Shown here piece by piece: positions 56,200 through 64,000 of a DNA stretch of 64,000 nucleotides. Origin of the DNA: a virus. Lineage: Duplodnaviria > Caudoviricetes. The translations under genes and the position numbers were made by a program. The stretch is from IMG/VR virus record IMGVR_UViG_2926647115_000001; one strand, written 5' to 3'. The notes under the pieces are model-generated. The model saw nothing but the letters and a program-made list of their open reading frames with translations, did no database searches and had not been told where the DNA came from. How positions within the stretch are numbered: the first letter of the stretch is position 1; each line of letters opens with the position of its first letter.

Positions 56200-56679
56200 T
56201 CACGCCACCGCCGTGCCCGGGGCGGACAGTTCGGCGCGGATCGCAGCCCAGTCCCGGGGGCGCCACAGCCGGTACAGCCCGGAGGGCTCGAGGTGCTCGC
56301 GCCAACGACGCTGCTCCGGGCTCAGGGACTTCGTGTTGGTCTTCAACTCCACGAGCAGCACTGCGCCGTTGCGTGCCAACTGCAGGTCCGGGAAGCCCTT
56401 GTCGCCCTGCACCGGCGTGGAGACGCCGCCGGACTTGCGGTACGCGGGCCGGAAATGGCAGGCCATCCACCCGCAGAACGCGGCGACCTTCATCACCACG
56501 TACTGGAAATCGTCCTCCAGCATGTCCTTGGGCAGCTCGGGCACCCTGGCCAGCACCGCGGGCGCGACCTTGCGCCAGGTGGTCACGACCTTGGCCGGGC
56601 GCAGCGCGGCCGCGGTGGCGCGCGGAACGTGGGGTGTTGCGCGCCGACCGTTGCGGATGACGGCCGCTCGGCTGCTCAT
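56200..56679 (-). CDS. VRR-NUC domain nuclease
   Basis: GFPDL..VELK..LSPEQ..W..WRP.DW. Confidence 0.88.
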   Translation of the reverse strand: MSSRAAVIRNGRRATPHVPRATAAALRPAKVVTTWRKVAPAVLARVPELPKDMLEDDFQYVVMKVAAFCGWMACHFRPAYRKSGGVSTPVQGDKGFPDLQLARNGAVLLVELKTNTKSLSPEQRRWREHLEPSGLYRLWRPRDWAAIRAELSAPGTAVA

Positions 56680-57170
56680 GATGCCCGTGCCTCCCGCTGA
56701 TCGGTGGGGGTGCCGTCGACGAGACGGTACCGCGCGCCACCGACAGTGTTGCGCATCAGTACGCCACCGACCGCAACACCAGTCGGCTCGGCCACATCCC
56801 ACAGGCGGGTCAGGTCGCCGCGGTCATCGAGCAGGAACCAGCCGAAGCCCAGGTAGTTGTTGCTCCAGATCCACGCCTTCTTCTTGGCCGGGTCCTCGTT
56901 CGTGCGTAGTTGTGCCCAGCCCAGTTCGTAGGCCCGCGCCGGGTGCCCGGTGATCCACCCATGGCACCCCGTGGTGCCGGAACCGCACGCGGCCAACGCG
57001 TTCGAGGGCCGCCACAGATCCGGCTTCGGGCACTGTCCGCGCAGCTTGCGGTGGTGGTAGGTGACGCCACCGACGCACACGCCCGGGATCCGCACCTCAC
57101 ACTGGAAGCCCGCGCGCTCGAACACGATCTCTCGCGCACGCCCCTCGGTGAACGTCTTCCCGCTGCTCAC
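56676..57170 (-). CDS. HNH-type nuclease-like protein
   Basis: CE..C..HHRK.R..N..CGSGTTGCHGWI. Confidence 0.8.
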   Translation of the reverse strand: MSSGKTFTEGRAREIVFERAGFQCEVRIPGVCVGGVTYHHRKLRGQCPKPDLWRPSNALAACGSGTTGCHGWITGHPARAYELGWAQLRTNEDPAKKKAWIWSNNYLGFGWFLLDDRGDLTRLWDVAEPTGVAVGGVLMRNTVGGARYRLVDGTPTDQREARAS

Positions 57171-58120
57171 GCCGCGGCCCCCACCGGCTCTGGGAACTCC
57201 TGTGGGAACGGCTCCGGCCAGTCGGCGGGCTTCTCGCCCTTACCCTGCGCGCCGACCGCGCGGGCCAGAACGGTGCCGAGCTGCTTGAACCAGAACGGCA
57301 CACCCGCCTCGGCGCACTGGTCGCGCAGCGACCGTGCCCATTCCAGGTCCATCCGGCGCGCGCCGCGGCCCGACTCGCCCCCAACGATCACCCAAGAGAG
57401 GTCCCGAGCCGGCACCTGGGTGACGGTCATGCCGCCGATCCCGCCGCCACCGCGCCGCTTCCCGGCGTAGTCGTAGAACGGCCCGGCGGTGCTGGCGCCG
57501 GTGAGCCACAGGTACCGGGCGAGATCCACCGGCCCGAGCAGCGGCTCGCACGAGAGGAACCGCACCGCGGCCGGGGTGTCGATGAGCGCGGGCACGCGGA
57601 TGTCGGCCCACTTCTGGTCCTCGACCGACACGCCCAGCCACACGTTCGGCAGCGGCCACCGCTGCACCAGCGACAGCAGGTCGGCCTTCCACCCGTCGCG
57701 GTGCACCGACGACAGCACCTCCCGCTGAAACGCCCGGTCTCTCAGCAGCGACCGCATCCGGGCGTGCCGCTTGGTGAGCACCTGGTAGGTGTGCTGCGGG
57801 GTCATCGCCATCACGGCGAACACGCGGGCCAGGAACTCGTCCGGCACCTCGTCGTGGAACAGGTCGCTCATCGAGTTGACGAACACCTTGCGGGGCTTGC
57901 GCCACCGCAACGGCTCCCCCAGCACGTCCTCGTGCACTGTGACACCGAACCCGGGGCCGGAGGTGGCCGGCGACCCGTCGCGCTGGTACTTCTCGGAGCC
58001 CGTCGCCTTGAGCCGCTTCGCCAGGGTGAGCGCGTAGCAGTGGTCGCACCCGGGCGAGACCCGGTCGCAGCCGGTTGTCGGGTTCCAGGTGGCCTCGGTC
58101 CAGCTGATTCCCGTGCTCAC
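57167..58120 (-). CDS. Phage Gp37/Gp68 (DUF5131) protein
   Basis: ISWTEATWNPTTGCDRVSPGCDHCYA; FVNSMSDLFH; WVIVGGESG. Confidence 0.93.
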   Translation of the reverse strand: MSTGISWTEATWNPTTGCDRVSPGCDHCYALTLAKRLKATGSEKYQRDGSPATSGPGFGVTVHEDVLGEPLRWRKPRKVFVNSMSDLFHDEVPDEFLARVFAVMAMTPQHTYQVLTKRHARMRSLLRDRAFQREVLSSVHRDGWKADLLSLVQRWPLPNVWLGVSVEDQKWADIRVPALIDTPAAVRFLSCEPLLGPVDLARYLWLTGASTAGPFYDYAGKRRGGGGIGGMTVTQVPARDLSWVIVGGESGRGARRMDLEWARSLRDQCAEAGVPFWFKQLGTVLARAVGAQGKGEKPADWPEPFPQEFPEPVGAAA

Positions 58121-58605
58121 CGCTTGTAGGCCCCTCTCTGGATCAGGAACGCCAGCAGCTCAAGGTGGTGCCACGTGATGCCGCACAGGGCTTCGAACGC
58201 CGCCTCCGGGCCGGACCTGGCGGCCACCACGTCGTGGTGGGCCGTGATGATGTCCTGGGAGAGGCGCTGGTCTCCGTTGACGAAGGTGGTGACGGACTGC
58301 ATCGCGGGGAGCAGGTGCGGGTCCTTGCCGGTGTCGCTGCCGTGCTTCTGCAGCAGCGCGAACACCTCACCCTTCCCCGGGCCGGCCAGCTCGATCAGAG
58401 CTTGGCCGGCGAGTACCGGGCCGACCCCGACCGCGTACCAGGTGTGCAGGAGCGCGGTCTCGTCGTCGTTCCTGGGGAACAGCTCCGCGAAACGCGCGTC
58501 GACGGCCGCCCTGTCCCGGTCCGCGATCGCGAAGGCCAGGTGGAGGTACTTCTCCGCGAAGTGCATCGCCTCGTCGGCGTTCGGTGGGGTCGCGCTGATG
58601 GTCAC
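58117..58605 (-). CDS. Hypothetical protein
   Basis: Coupled ORF. Confidence 0.75.
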   Translation of the reverse strand: MTISATPPNADEAMHFAEKYLHLAFAIADRDRAAVDARFAELFPRNDDETALLHTWYAVGVGPVLAGQALIELAGPGKGEVFALLQKHGSDTGKDPHLLPAMQSVTTFVNGDQRLSQDIITAHHDVVAARSGPEAAFEALCGITWHHLELLAFLIQRGAYKR

Positions 58606-58967
58606 GACGTCTCTCCTTCCGGCAGGTTCCACAGCTGCTCGATCAGCACGGCCACGACCTGCCGGGCGAGCGGGTAGTAGATGGGCCGCGGCTGACCGGG
58701 CAATGTGGACAGGGCGTGCGCGTAGATGGACAGGGCGATGTCGAACAGCGCGGCGGGTTTGGCGTGCGGCAGCGACGAGATCAGCGACGCAACGCGGCGG
58801 GCGACGGTGACCCCGACGTGCAGGTCCGTGAAGCGGGCGGCGCGGGCGGCCCGCACCAGCGGATCGTCCGCGCCGGGCCGGTAGCCGGCCCGGGCGTGGC
58901 GCCGGGCGGCGATCTGCATCCGCTCGGCGGCCGCGCGCATATCGGCGACCGTGTGGGGTGTCGGCAT
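58602..58967 (-). CDS. Hypothetical protein
   Basis: AAGGA RBS. Confidence 0.7.
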   Translation of the reverse strand: MPTPHTVADMRAAAERMQIAARRHARAGYRPGADDPLVRAARAARFTDLHVGVTVARRVASLISSLPHAKPAALFDIALSIYAHALSTLPGQPRPIYYPLARQVVAVLIEQLWNLPEGETS

Positions 58968-58981
58968 GAGATGTTCCTTCG

Positions 58982-59200
58982 CTAGCAGGACACTCCGGCG
59001 CGCCGGAGTTCGCTGCGGGTGTTGTAGAGAGACCGGATGTCGCTCGGCGAGCCCGGAACCGACACGGTGGTTTTGCCGTCCGGCGCGAGCAGCCACGTGT
59101 GCTTGGTCTTCTTCTTCCAAGACCAGCCCGCGTCCAGGGCAGCCTGGATCGCGGGCTGCAGGTGGCGCGGCACGAACTTCTTCCACTCGGCGCGGCTCAT
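58982..59200 (-). CDS. Orphan HicA-like protein
   Basis: ALDAGWS..H..APDG..VPGSPSD.R..N.RSELRRAG. Confidence 0.7.
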   Translation of the reverse strand: MSRAEWKKFVPRHLQPAIQAALDAGWSWKKKTKHTWLLAPDGKTTVSVPGSPSDIRSLYNTRSELRRAGVSC

Positions 59201-59332
59201 GTCAGCGACTGCACGATCGCGGCGGCGATGATCCCGACCGCGGCGAGGAGTGTGACCGCCACCAGCACGAGCTGACCGAAATCGTCCGCCATGTCCCCGG
59301 CGTCACGCACCTGCGCGGGCGCGACGTGCGGG

Positions 59333-59884
59333 TCACGCCTGCGCCGGCCGGTCATCGGTGTCACCGCCGTCCGTGGTGGTTTCGACGGGGGCCGGGTCGG
59401 GAACGGGCGCCGCGTCCACGGCGGCGGGCTCGGCGGAGTGGACGGCATCGGGGCGGTACTCCTCGACCGGCTCGGCGGCGGTGGGGTTGTCGGTGACCAG
59501 GCCGGGCTGGTCGTCCTGTGCGGCGCCCTCGCCGGGGCGGTCGCCAGGGATGAGGCCGGTGCGGGTCAGAGCGACCGGCGCCAACTCCTGCGTGTCCTCG
59601 GCTCCGGCGGGCAGGCCGTTCGCCTGCCGGAGCTCATCCAGGGTCGCGAGCAACGCCGGGTCCCGTGGCATGGGCTGCGGTGTTGGGGCGGGCATGGACA
59701 GCCACATCCGCTGCACCGAGCGGCGGGCCTGTTCCTGCACCACCAGCGTTTCCAGCTTGCCGAGCATCGTGCTGAGCACGGCGACTTCGCGGTCGCCGAG
59801 CGCGGGCAGTGCGCTTCGCGCCTCCTGCAATGCGGCCGCGAACGTGGTCGGGGTGAACACGCGCGGCGCGTGGGCGGTGGTCAT
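59333..59884 (-). CDS. Hypothetical protein
   Basis: AAGGA RBS. Confidence 0.7.
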   Translation of the reverse strand: MTTAHAPRVFTPTTFAAALQEARSALPALGDREVAVLSTMLGKLETLVVQEQARRSVQRMWLSMPAPTPQPMPRDPALLATLDELRQANGLPAGAEDTQELAPVALTRTGLIPGDRPGEGAAQDDQPGLVTDNPTAAEPVEEYRPDAVHSAEPAAVDAAPVPDPAPVETTTDGGDTDDRPAQA

Positions 59885-59911
59885 CGGGGTGTCCTTCCGG
59901 TGAAAGAGGAA

Positions 59912-59939
59912 GCCCGGGCCGCGGTGTTGCGGCCCGGGC
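59912..59939 (-). terminator. Hairpin terminator
   Basis: GCCCGGGCCGC..GCGGCCCGGGC followed by TTCCTCTTT. Confidence 0.65.
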
Positions 59940-59947
59940 CGGGTGGG

Positions 59948-60862
59948 TCAGGACTCTTCGCGCTTGTGCGCCGTCAGGTCCGGGTCGTCCGGGGACAGCG
60001 GGGTACCGGCGGCCGGGTCGTCCTCGCGCACGATCTCGCCGTCGAGCACGTCGCCGTGGTTGACGTGGTCCTCGACGTGCCCCTCCACGGTGCGTCGCAC
60101 CGTGTTCTCCGCGGCCAGCGCGATGTTCAGGCTCACCGACAAGGGGATGATCTTGGACAGCTGCCGCAGCGCGGTCTTTTTGCCCATGGAAGCCCACTCG
60201 GTTTTCCACGGGCTGTCGTCCTTGTGGCTGCCCTTGGAGTAGGTGCGGCGGATGCGCTCGACCTCCCGCGCGTGCATCACGGTGAACGCAGACCCGCCGT
60301 TGGTCATCTTCACCGCGGCCCACACATGCGTGGCGCCCTCGATGCTGTTGCGCTCCTCGCGGGTGGGCTTGTGCCGCAGGAACGACTCCGTGCCCTTCTC
60401 ATAGTCGAACGGCTCGCCCTCGTAGACGACCTCGGCGTCGATGTTGGCGACCATCCCGGACTGCCACGCCAACTTGACCAGGCCGCGGTAGCCGGGAATG
60501 AACGTGCACACCCGGCCGTAGGGCACGAGGTACGCCTCACCGAGCGGGCCGGGCTCCAGCCCGAGCTGTGCGGACGTCATGAGCGCGCCGAGCACGGTGT
60601 CGGCCTCGCAGTCCAGCAGCTTCGGGGTCCTGCGCACCACCGTGAGCGCGATGCGCGTGAACCGCTCCGCGTTGAGCGCGGTGCCTGCCAGTGCGCTGAC
60701 GATTCCGGACTTCTGCTGGTTGATCAGCGACCGCAGGTCCTTGCCGTCGGTGCTGATCAGTTCGCCGTTGCGACGGGCGCGGGCGATGTCCGAGGGCAAC
60801 GCGATCTCGCCTCGCGGGCGGCTGTTGCTCTGCCGCGGCGCGTCGACCTTGGTGGGGGGCAT
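59948..60862 (-). CDS. recT: RecT-family ssDNA annealing protein
   Basis: AQLGLEP..GEAYLVPY..GYRGLVKLA..W..M..KT.LR.L.K..P.S. Confidence 0.93.
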   Translation of the reverse strand: MPPTKVDAPRQSNSRPRGEIALPSDIARARRNGELISTDGKDLRSLINQQKSGIVSALAGTALNAERFTRIALTVVRRTPKLLDCEADTVLGALMTSAQLGLEPGPLGEAYLVPYGRVCTFIPGYRGLVKLAWQSGMVANIDAEVVYEGEPFDYEKGTESFLRHKPTREERNSIEGATHVWAAVKMTNGGSAFTVMHAREVERIRRTYSKGSHKDDSPWKTEWASMGKKTALRQLSKIIPLSVSLNIALAAENTVRRTVEGHVEDHVNHGDVLDGEIVREDDPAAGTPLSPDDPDLTAHKREES

Positions 60863-60887
60863 GGGTGTTTCCTCCAGTGGTTGTGGT

Positions 60888-61829
60888 TCACCACGCGGTG
60901 GTGGTGTCGAACTCGCCGCGCGCGTGCGCGGCCTCGTAGCCGCTCACGGCGTAGAGCGGCAGGCTGATCGGGACGACGCCGTCGGTGTAGCTCGGCCAGT
61001 AGCCGGTGGCGATGCATTCCTGGTAGATGCGGATGGCCTTGCGGTTGAGCCGATCGCCCCAGTACACGGCCTCTTCGTCCAGCTCGACGACGGTCGGAAG
61101 GTACGGGGGTTCCTTCTCCTGGAAGATGAACAGGAACACGATCTCGTCGGCGACGTCGAGCGCGCGCAGCCCGGCGCGGTAGAACGCCTCCTGCTGGTGG
61201 TAGCCGTGCTCGTACACGGCGCGCTGGATGGCGTGGGGCTCGGCGCTGCGGGCCGTCTTGTAGTCGACGATGGTCAGGCGGCCGTTGTGGTCGATCGCGC
61301 GCATCCAGTCCACACGCGCCCGGCACATCACCCCGCTTCGGTCCTCCCAGATCAGCGTCTGTTCAGGCCGGCCACCGTCGGCCGGGTCCAGCAGCGCCCC
61401 GGCGTGCTCGTGGTTCCGCAGGGCAGCGGCCATTGCGTTGATCCGCTCGTACTGGTGGGGAAGCAGCGGGATCGCTCCACGGGCGCGGGCTTGCTCGGCG
61501 GCCTGTTGCGCCGCCTTGGTGCGCCAGTCCTTCGCGTCGACGACGACGAGATCCGGGCCGCAGCCGAGCACCTTCCGGTGCGCGGCGGATCCGAAGTCGA
61601 GGTCCTTGTTGGGCTCGGAGTGGTGTTTGCGGTCGTGCTCGAAGATCGCCGGGCAGGACGGGGGCAGCAGCTTCCTCGCGCCGGACGACGACAGCGAGCC
61701 GCCGGGGACCGGGTCGGCGTGGTACGCCTCTTCGGGGACGTCGTCGTAGATGCCGGGCTCGTCCAGCACAACCGGCTGGTCGAGCCCGGCAGGAGCGGTG
61801 TCCTGCGCGGGCTCGAGGACGGCGGTCAT
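60888..61829 (-). CDS. RecE-like PD-(D/E)XK exonuclease (DUF3799-like)
   Basis: YHAD..LSSS..FGSAAH..RARVD..IVDYKT..YHQQ.AFY. Confidence 0.9.
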   Translation of the reverse strand: MTAVLEPAQDTAPAGLDQPVVLDEPGIYDDVPEEAYHADPVPGGSLSSSGARKLLPPSCPAIFEHDRKHHSEPNKDLDFGSAAHRKVLGCGPDLVVVDAKDWRTKAAQQAAEQARARGAIPLLPHQYERINAMAAALRNHEHAGALLDPADGGRPEQTLIWEDRSGVMCRARVDWMRAIDHNGRLTIVDYKTARSAEPHAIQRAVYEHGYHQQEAFYRAGLRALDVADEIVFLFIFQEKEPPYLPTVVELDEEAVYWGDRLNRKAIRIYQECIATGYWPSYTDGVVPISLPLYAVSGYEAAHARGEFDTTTAW

Positions 61830-62095
61830 CAGGCCGCCGCTCCCAGCTGGATCGGCTCGACGTAGGTGGAGACCTCGATGTACGGGTCGTCGTCACCGGT
61901 GTGGTCGGCCAGGGCCTCAGCGATGCACGCCTCGCGCTCGCAGGTGTGGCGGGTGTCGCGGTCGCCGTCCTCGTCGGTGACGTAGATGTTGGTGACGCAC
62001 ACCTGGCCGAGGGCCTGGCAGTACTCGCACGGTTCGCCGTGCTGGTCGGACGGCTTGGCGATCGCGACCGGCTTGATGTCGGTGGTGTTGCGCAT
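61829..62095 (-). CDS. Hypothetical Zn-binding protein
   Basis: CEYC..C..C; GAGGGG RBS. Confidence 0.75.
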   Translation of the reverse strand: MRNTTDIKPVAIAKPSDQHGEPCEYCQALGQVCVTNIYVTDEDGDRDTRHTCEREACIAEALADHTGDDDPYIEVSTYVEPIQLGAAA

Positions 62096-62127
62096 GGTGT
62101 CTGCCCCCTCTGGCTGGCGTCAACTTC

Positions 62128-62164
62128 TGTTTGTGACTATACCCCTAGACAGGTATGGCCGCAA
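62128..62164 (-). promoter_or_regulatory. Family B promoter
   Basis: TTGCGG-17-TATAGT-CACAAACA. Confidence 0.8.
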
Positions 62165-62191
62165 CAGTTCAGCGCAACAGTGGCGCTCGCC

Positions 62192-62443
62192 CTAGCCGGG
62201 CCGCCTGCGCGTCACCACGAACGCCGACAGTGGATGCCCGAGCGCACGCGCCAACGCCTGCGCCGTCTCCGGCATAGGCCGCGTTTTACCTGCTAGGACA
62301 CGGCTCACAGTGGCCGTAGACACTCCCGAGCGGCGCGCAAGCTCCAGCCCGGTCCACCCCCTCGACATCCGCACCCTGTTGAACAACTCGGACGAGTAGC
62401 ACACCTCGCCGGTGTTCTGTTTCCCCCTCAACAGTTGCGACAT
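62192..62443 (-). CDS. Cro-like XRE HTH protein
   Basis: R..RGWTGLELARRSGVSTATVSRVL.G..P. Confidence 0.88.
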   Translation of the reverse strand: MSQLLRGKQNTGEVCYSSELFNRVRMSRGWTGLELARRSGVSTATVSRVLAGKTRPMPETAQALARALGHPLSAFVVTRRRPG

Positions 62444-62592
62444 GTTGCGACACTAACACAACACTTTAGGTAGATTGCGCACAAAGAGTTACTCGGAGTT
62501 GCGGCCATTGGGGTGGCGCCGAAAGCGGGCAAAGGTTACTCACCGGTGTTCCACCGCGCTTCAGCGCGTTGCACCGCGCTATGCTCCCGCGT
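62433..62592. promoter_or_regulatory. Lysis/lysogeny-type switch region
   Basis: Minus TTGTGT-TAGTGT-6-ATG; tandem GTTGCGACA x2 over the cro start; plus TATGCT-7-ATG. Confidence 0.75.
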
Positions 62593-63102
62593 ATGGGCGA
62601 CAACACCACTCTGAACTGGCAAAACCTGGACGACGAGTTAGATCGTCGCAGGAACGAACTGAACATGACCTGGGGCGACGTGGCCGATAAGGCCGGTCTC
62701 TCCGAGACCATGCTGCGCAAGGTTCGCCGCGGCCAATCCACGCGCCCCACACCGCGCACCAAAGCGGCAATTGAGAAAGCGGTGTCGTGGGAAACCGGCA
62801 GTTTCGACGCCGTGCTCCGCAACGAGCCTCCGACGCCCAAGGGCGACACACCCGGCGCCCGCGGCACTCACCTGGCCGCGGTCCCGACTGCGCGCAGTGC
62901 GACGGCCACGAGTGCTTCCGAGCCGGCGGCGACCGCAACACCCGCACAGGACGTGCCGGAGGATGCGGAGCGTGAGCTGTTCGACCGGTGGCGCAGCCGG
63001 GTGGGCGAACGCTTCAGCCACGACTGGTTCTGGGAGCTCGTCGAGGACTTCACGACCGTCCGGAAGATGGCCATCCAGGGATCTCGCACTGACCGCAAGT
63101 AG
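62593..63102 (+). CDS. Immunity repressor-like XRE HTH protein (leaderless)
   Basis: RRNELNMTWGDVADKAGLSETMLRKVRRG..IEKAVSWETGS; divergent from the Cro-like gene. Confidence 0.85.
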   Translation: MGDNTTLNWQNLDDELDRRRNELNMTWGDVADKAGLSETMLRKVRRGQSTRPTPRTKAAIEKAVSWETGSFDAVLRNEPPTPKGDTPGARGTHLAAVPTARSATATSASEPAATATPAQDVPEDAERELFDRWRSRVGERFSHDWFWELVEDFTTVRKMAIQGSRTDRK

Positions 63103-63282
63103 TGTTACAGGGTTTCACCGTCCCTCCCCCGCGCGGGGAAGGGTCACGAACTGAATTCGCCTGTTCGGACGAAAGCTCGTCGCGATCGGCACGGCAAATT
63201 CGGACGACTGGTTGAACAGCCACCAGGGGTAAGGGCTATCGTCTACGGAGGAACCAATTTTCTCCACCCCGGGGGGGTAACG

Positions 63283-63498
63283 TTGCGTAACATCCTTGCG
63301 GTCGCTTCACTGGTGGCGGGCGTGTCCGCTGCCGTCACGGCGACCGTCGTCCGGCGTGGTCTCGAAGCCGAGATCGACCGGAAGGCGTCGAGCTTCAGCC
63401 TGCGAAAGCTGGAGAACCGGCTGGACGCGCGGCTGGATGCCCTTGAAGCGTTCCAGGAGTTCAAGGCTGCCGCCGCGACGGCCGGCACTGCGGCCTGA
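63283..63498 (+). CDS. Small membrane-anchored protein
   Basis: Hydrophobic N-terminus, coiled coil; terminator follows. Confidence 0.6.
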   Translation: MRNILAVASLVAGVSAAVTATVVRRGLEAEIDRKASSFSLRKLENRLDARLDALEAFQEFKAAAATAGTAA

Positions 63499-63513
63499 CG
63501 CGACTCATAGAGG

Positions 63514-63565
63514 AAGCCCCGGCTGGTCCCCTCGGGGCGGGGAAATTGACCAGCCGGGGCTTTTT
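63514..63565 (+). terminator. Intrinsic terminator
   Basis: AAGCCCCGGCTGGTC..GACCAGCCGGGGCTTTTT. Confidence 0.85.
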
Positions 63566-63679
63566 CATGCCGACGAAGAAATGGTTACGGTCCCCTCGAC
63601 CCTATTCACAGAAATCACACGCGCACTCAAACCCGGCAGAACCGCATCACGGTTCTGCCGATGTAATTACCCACACGAA

Positions 63680-64000
63680 CTAACTCGCCTTGCGGGGCTT
63701 CCTGTTCCGCGCGGCGCTTCGGCTCGACGCGCCGAAGACGCTGACGTCCACCGCTGGCGCCGCAACTGCCTGCCCGGGAACCTCCCCCGCAGAGGGGGTT
63801 TCCTTCGCGGGTTGTTCGTGAAGCTGGGCGATCTGCTTGATGTGCTCGTCGGTGAACCGCACGGGCCCGCGCTTGCCACCGAGCCGCAGGAACGGGAACC
63901 GCCCCTGTTGCACCCCGCTACGCACCCAGTACACGGACGTCTTGAACAGCTGGGCGACTTCCTGGACCGTGTACGTCGTGATCGGGGCGGCGTGGGTCAT
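63680..64000 (-). CDS. Excisionase-like HTH protein
   Basis: YTVQEVAQLFKTSVYWVR..GRFP.LRLG..VRFTDEHI. Confidence 0.85.
   Translation of the reverse strand: MTHAAPITTYTVQEVAQLFKTSVYWVRSGVQQGRFPFLRLGGKRGPVRFTDEHIKQIAQLHEQPAKETPSAGEVPGQAVAAPAVDVSVFGASSRSAARNRKPRKAS

Larger units (their letters stand above)
1..64000. mobile_element. Part of a large actinobacterial prophage or phage-ICE hybrid (early, replication and accessory arm)
   Basis: Repressor/Cro/excisionase-like HTHs, RecET, initiator-DnaC-DnaB, SSB, WhiB, MTases and dense short overlapping ORFs; no host core operons; boundaries not visible. Confidence 0.9.

Noticed and set aside
63103-63680. TTCGGACGA pair and AT-rich tract as att/arm sites or an SOS box
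   Set aside because: Only two copies, wrong spacing for LexA, and the integrase is not in the window

Overview
High-GC actinobacterial mobile DNA: the non-structural arm of a large temperate phage or phage/integrative-conjugative hybrid. No capsid, tail, integrase or host housekeeping operons are visible. Right to left it carries an excisionase-like HTH, a divergent repressor/Cro switch, RecE/RecT-like recombination genes, nucleases, an ATP-dependent ligase, an initiator-DnaC-DnaB replication module with an internal iteron-like tract, a TraA-like transfer gene, adenine and cytosine methyltransferases, a HicAB-like pair, LPD29/DUF3560-like genes, SSB, dcd, WhiB, a large TerD-family gene, tRNA-Cys, a nucleotidyltransferase and a phosphoesterase, among about 120 mostly small ORFs. 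Main observations not explained by the ORFs: (1) a small, separately promoted, Y-RNA-like hairpin RNA directly behind the TerD-family gene; (2) an element-wide regulon of about 16 stereotyped promoters in two families sharing a GTTGCG/CGCAAC operator half-site; (3) gene-boundary and intragenic linker repeats suggesting cassette and domain shuffling; (4) 8-bp TGTGGAAC repeats resembling a TraB transfer locus; (5) two LexA boxes. Several frameshifts at 17-29 kb fall in C/G homopolymers and are probably assembly errors. All family calls come from motif recognition by eye, not database searches.
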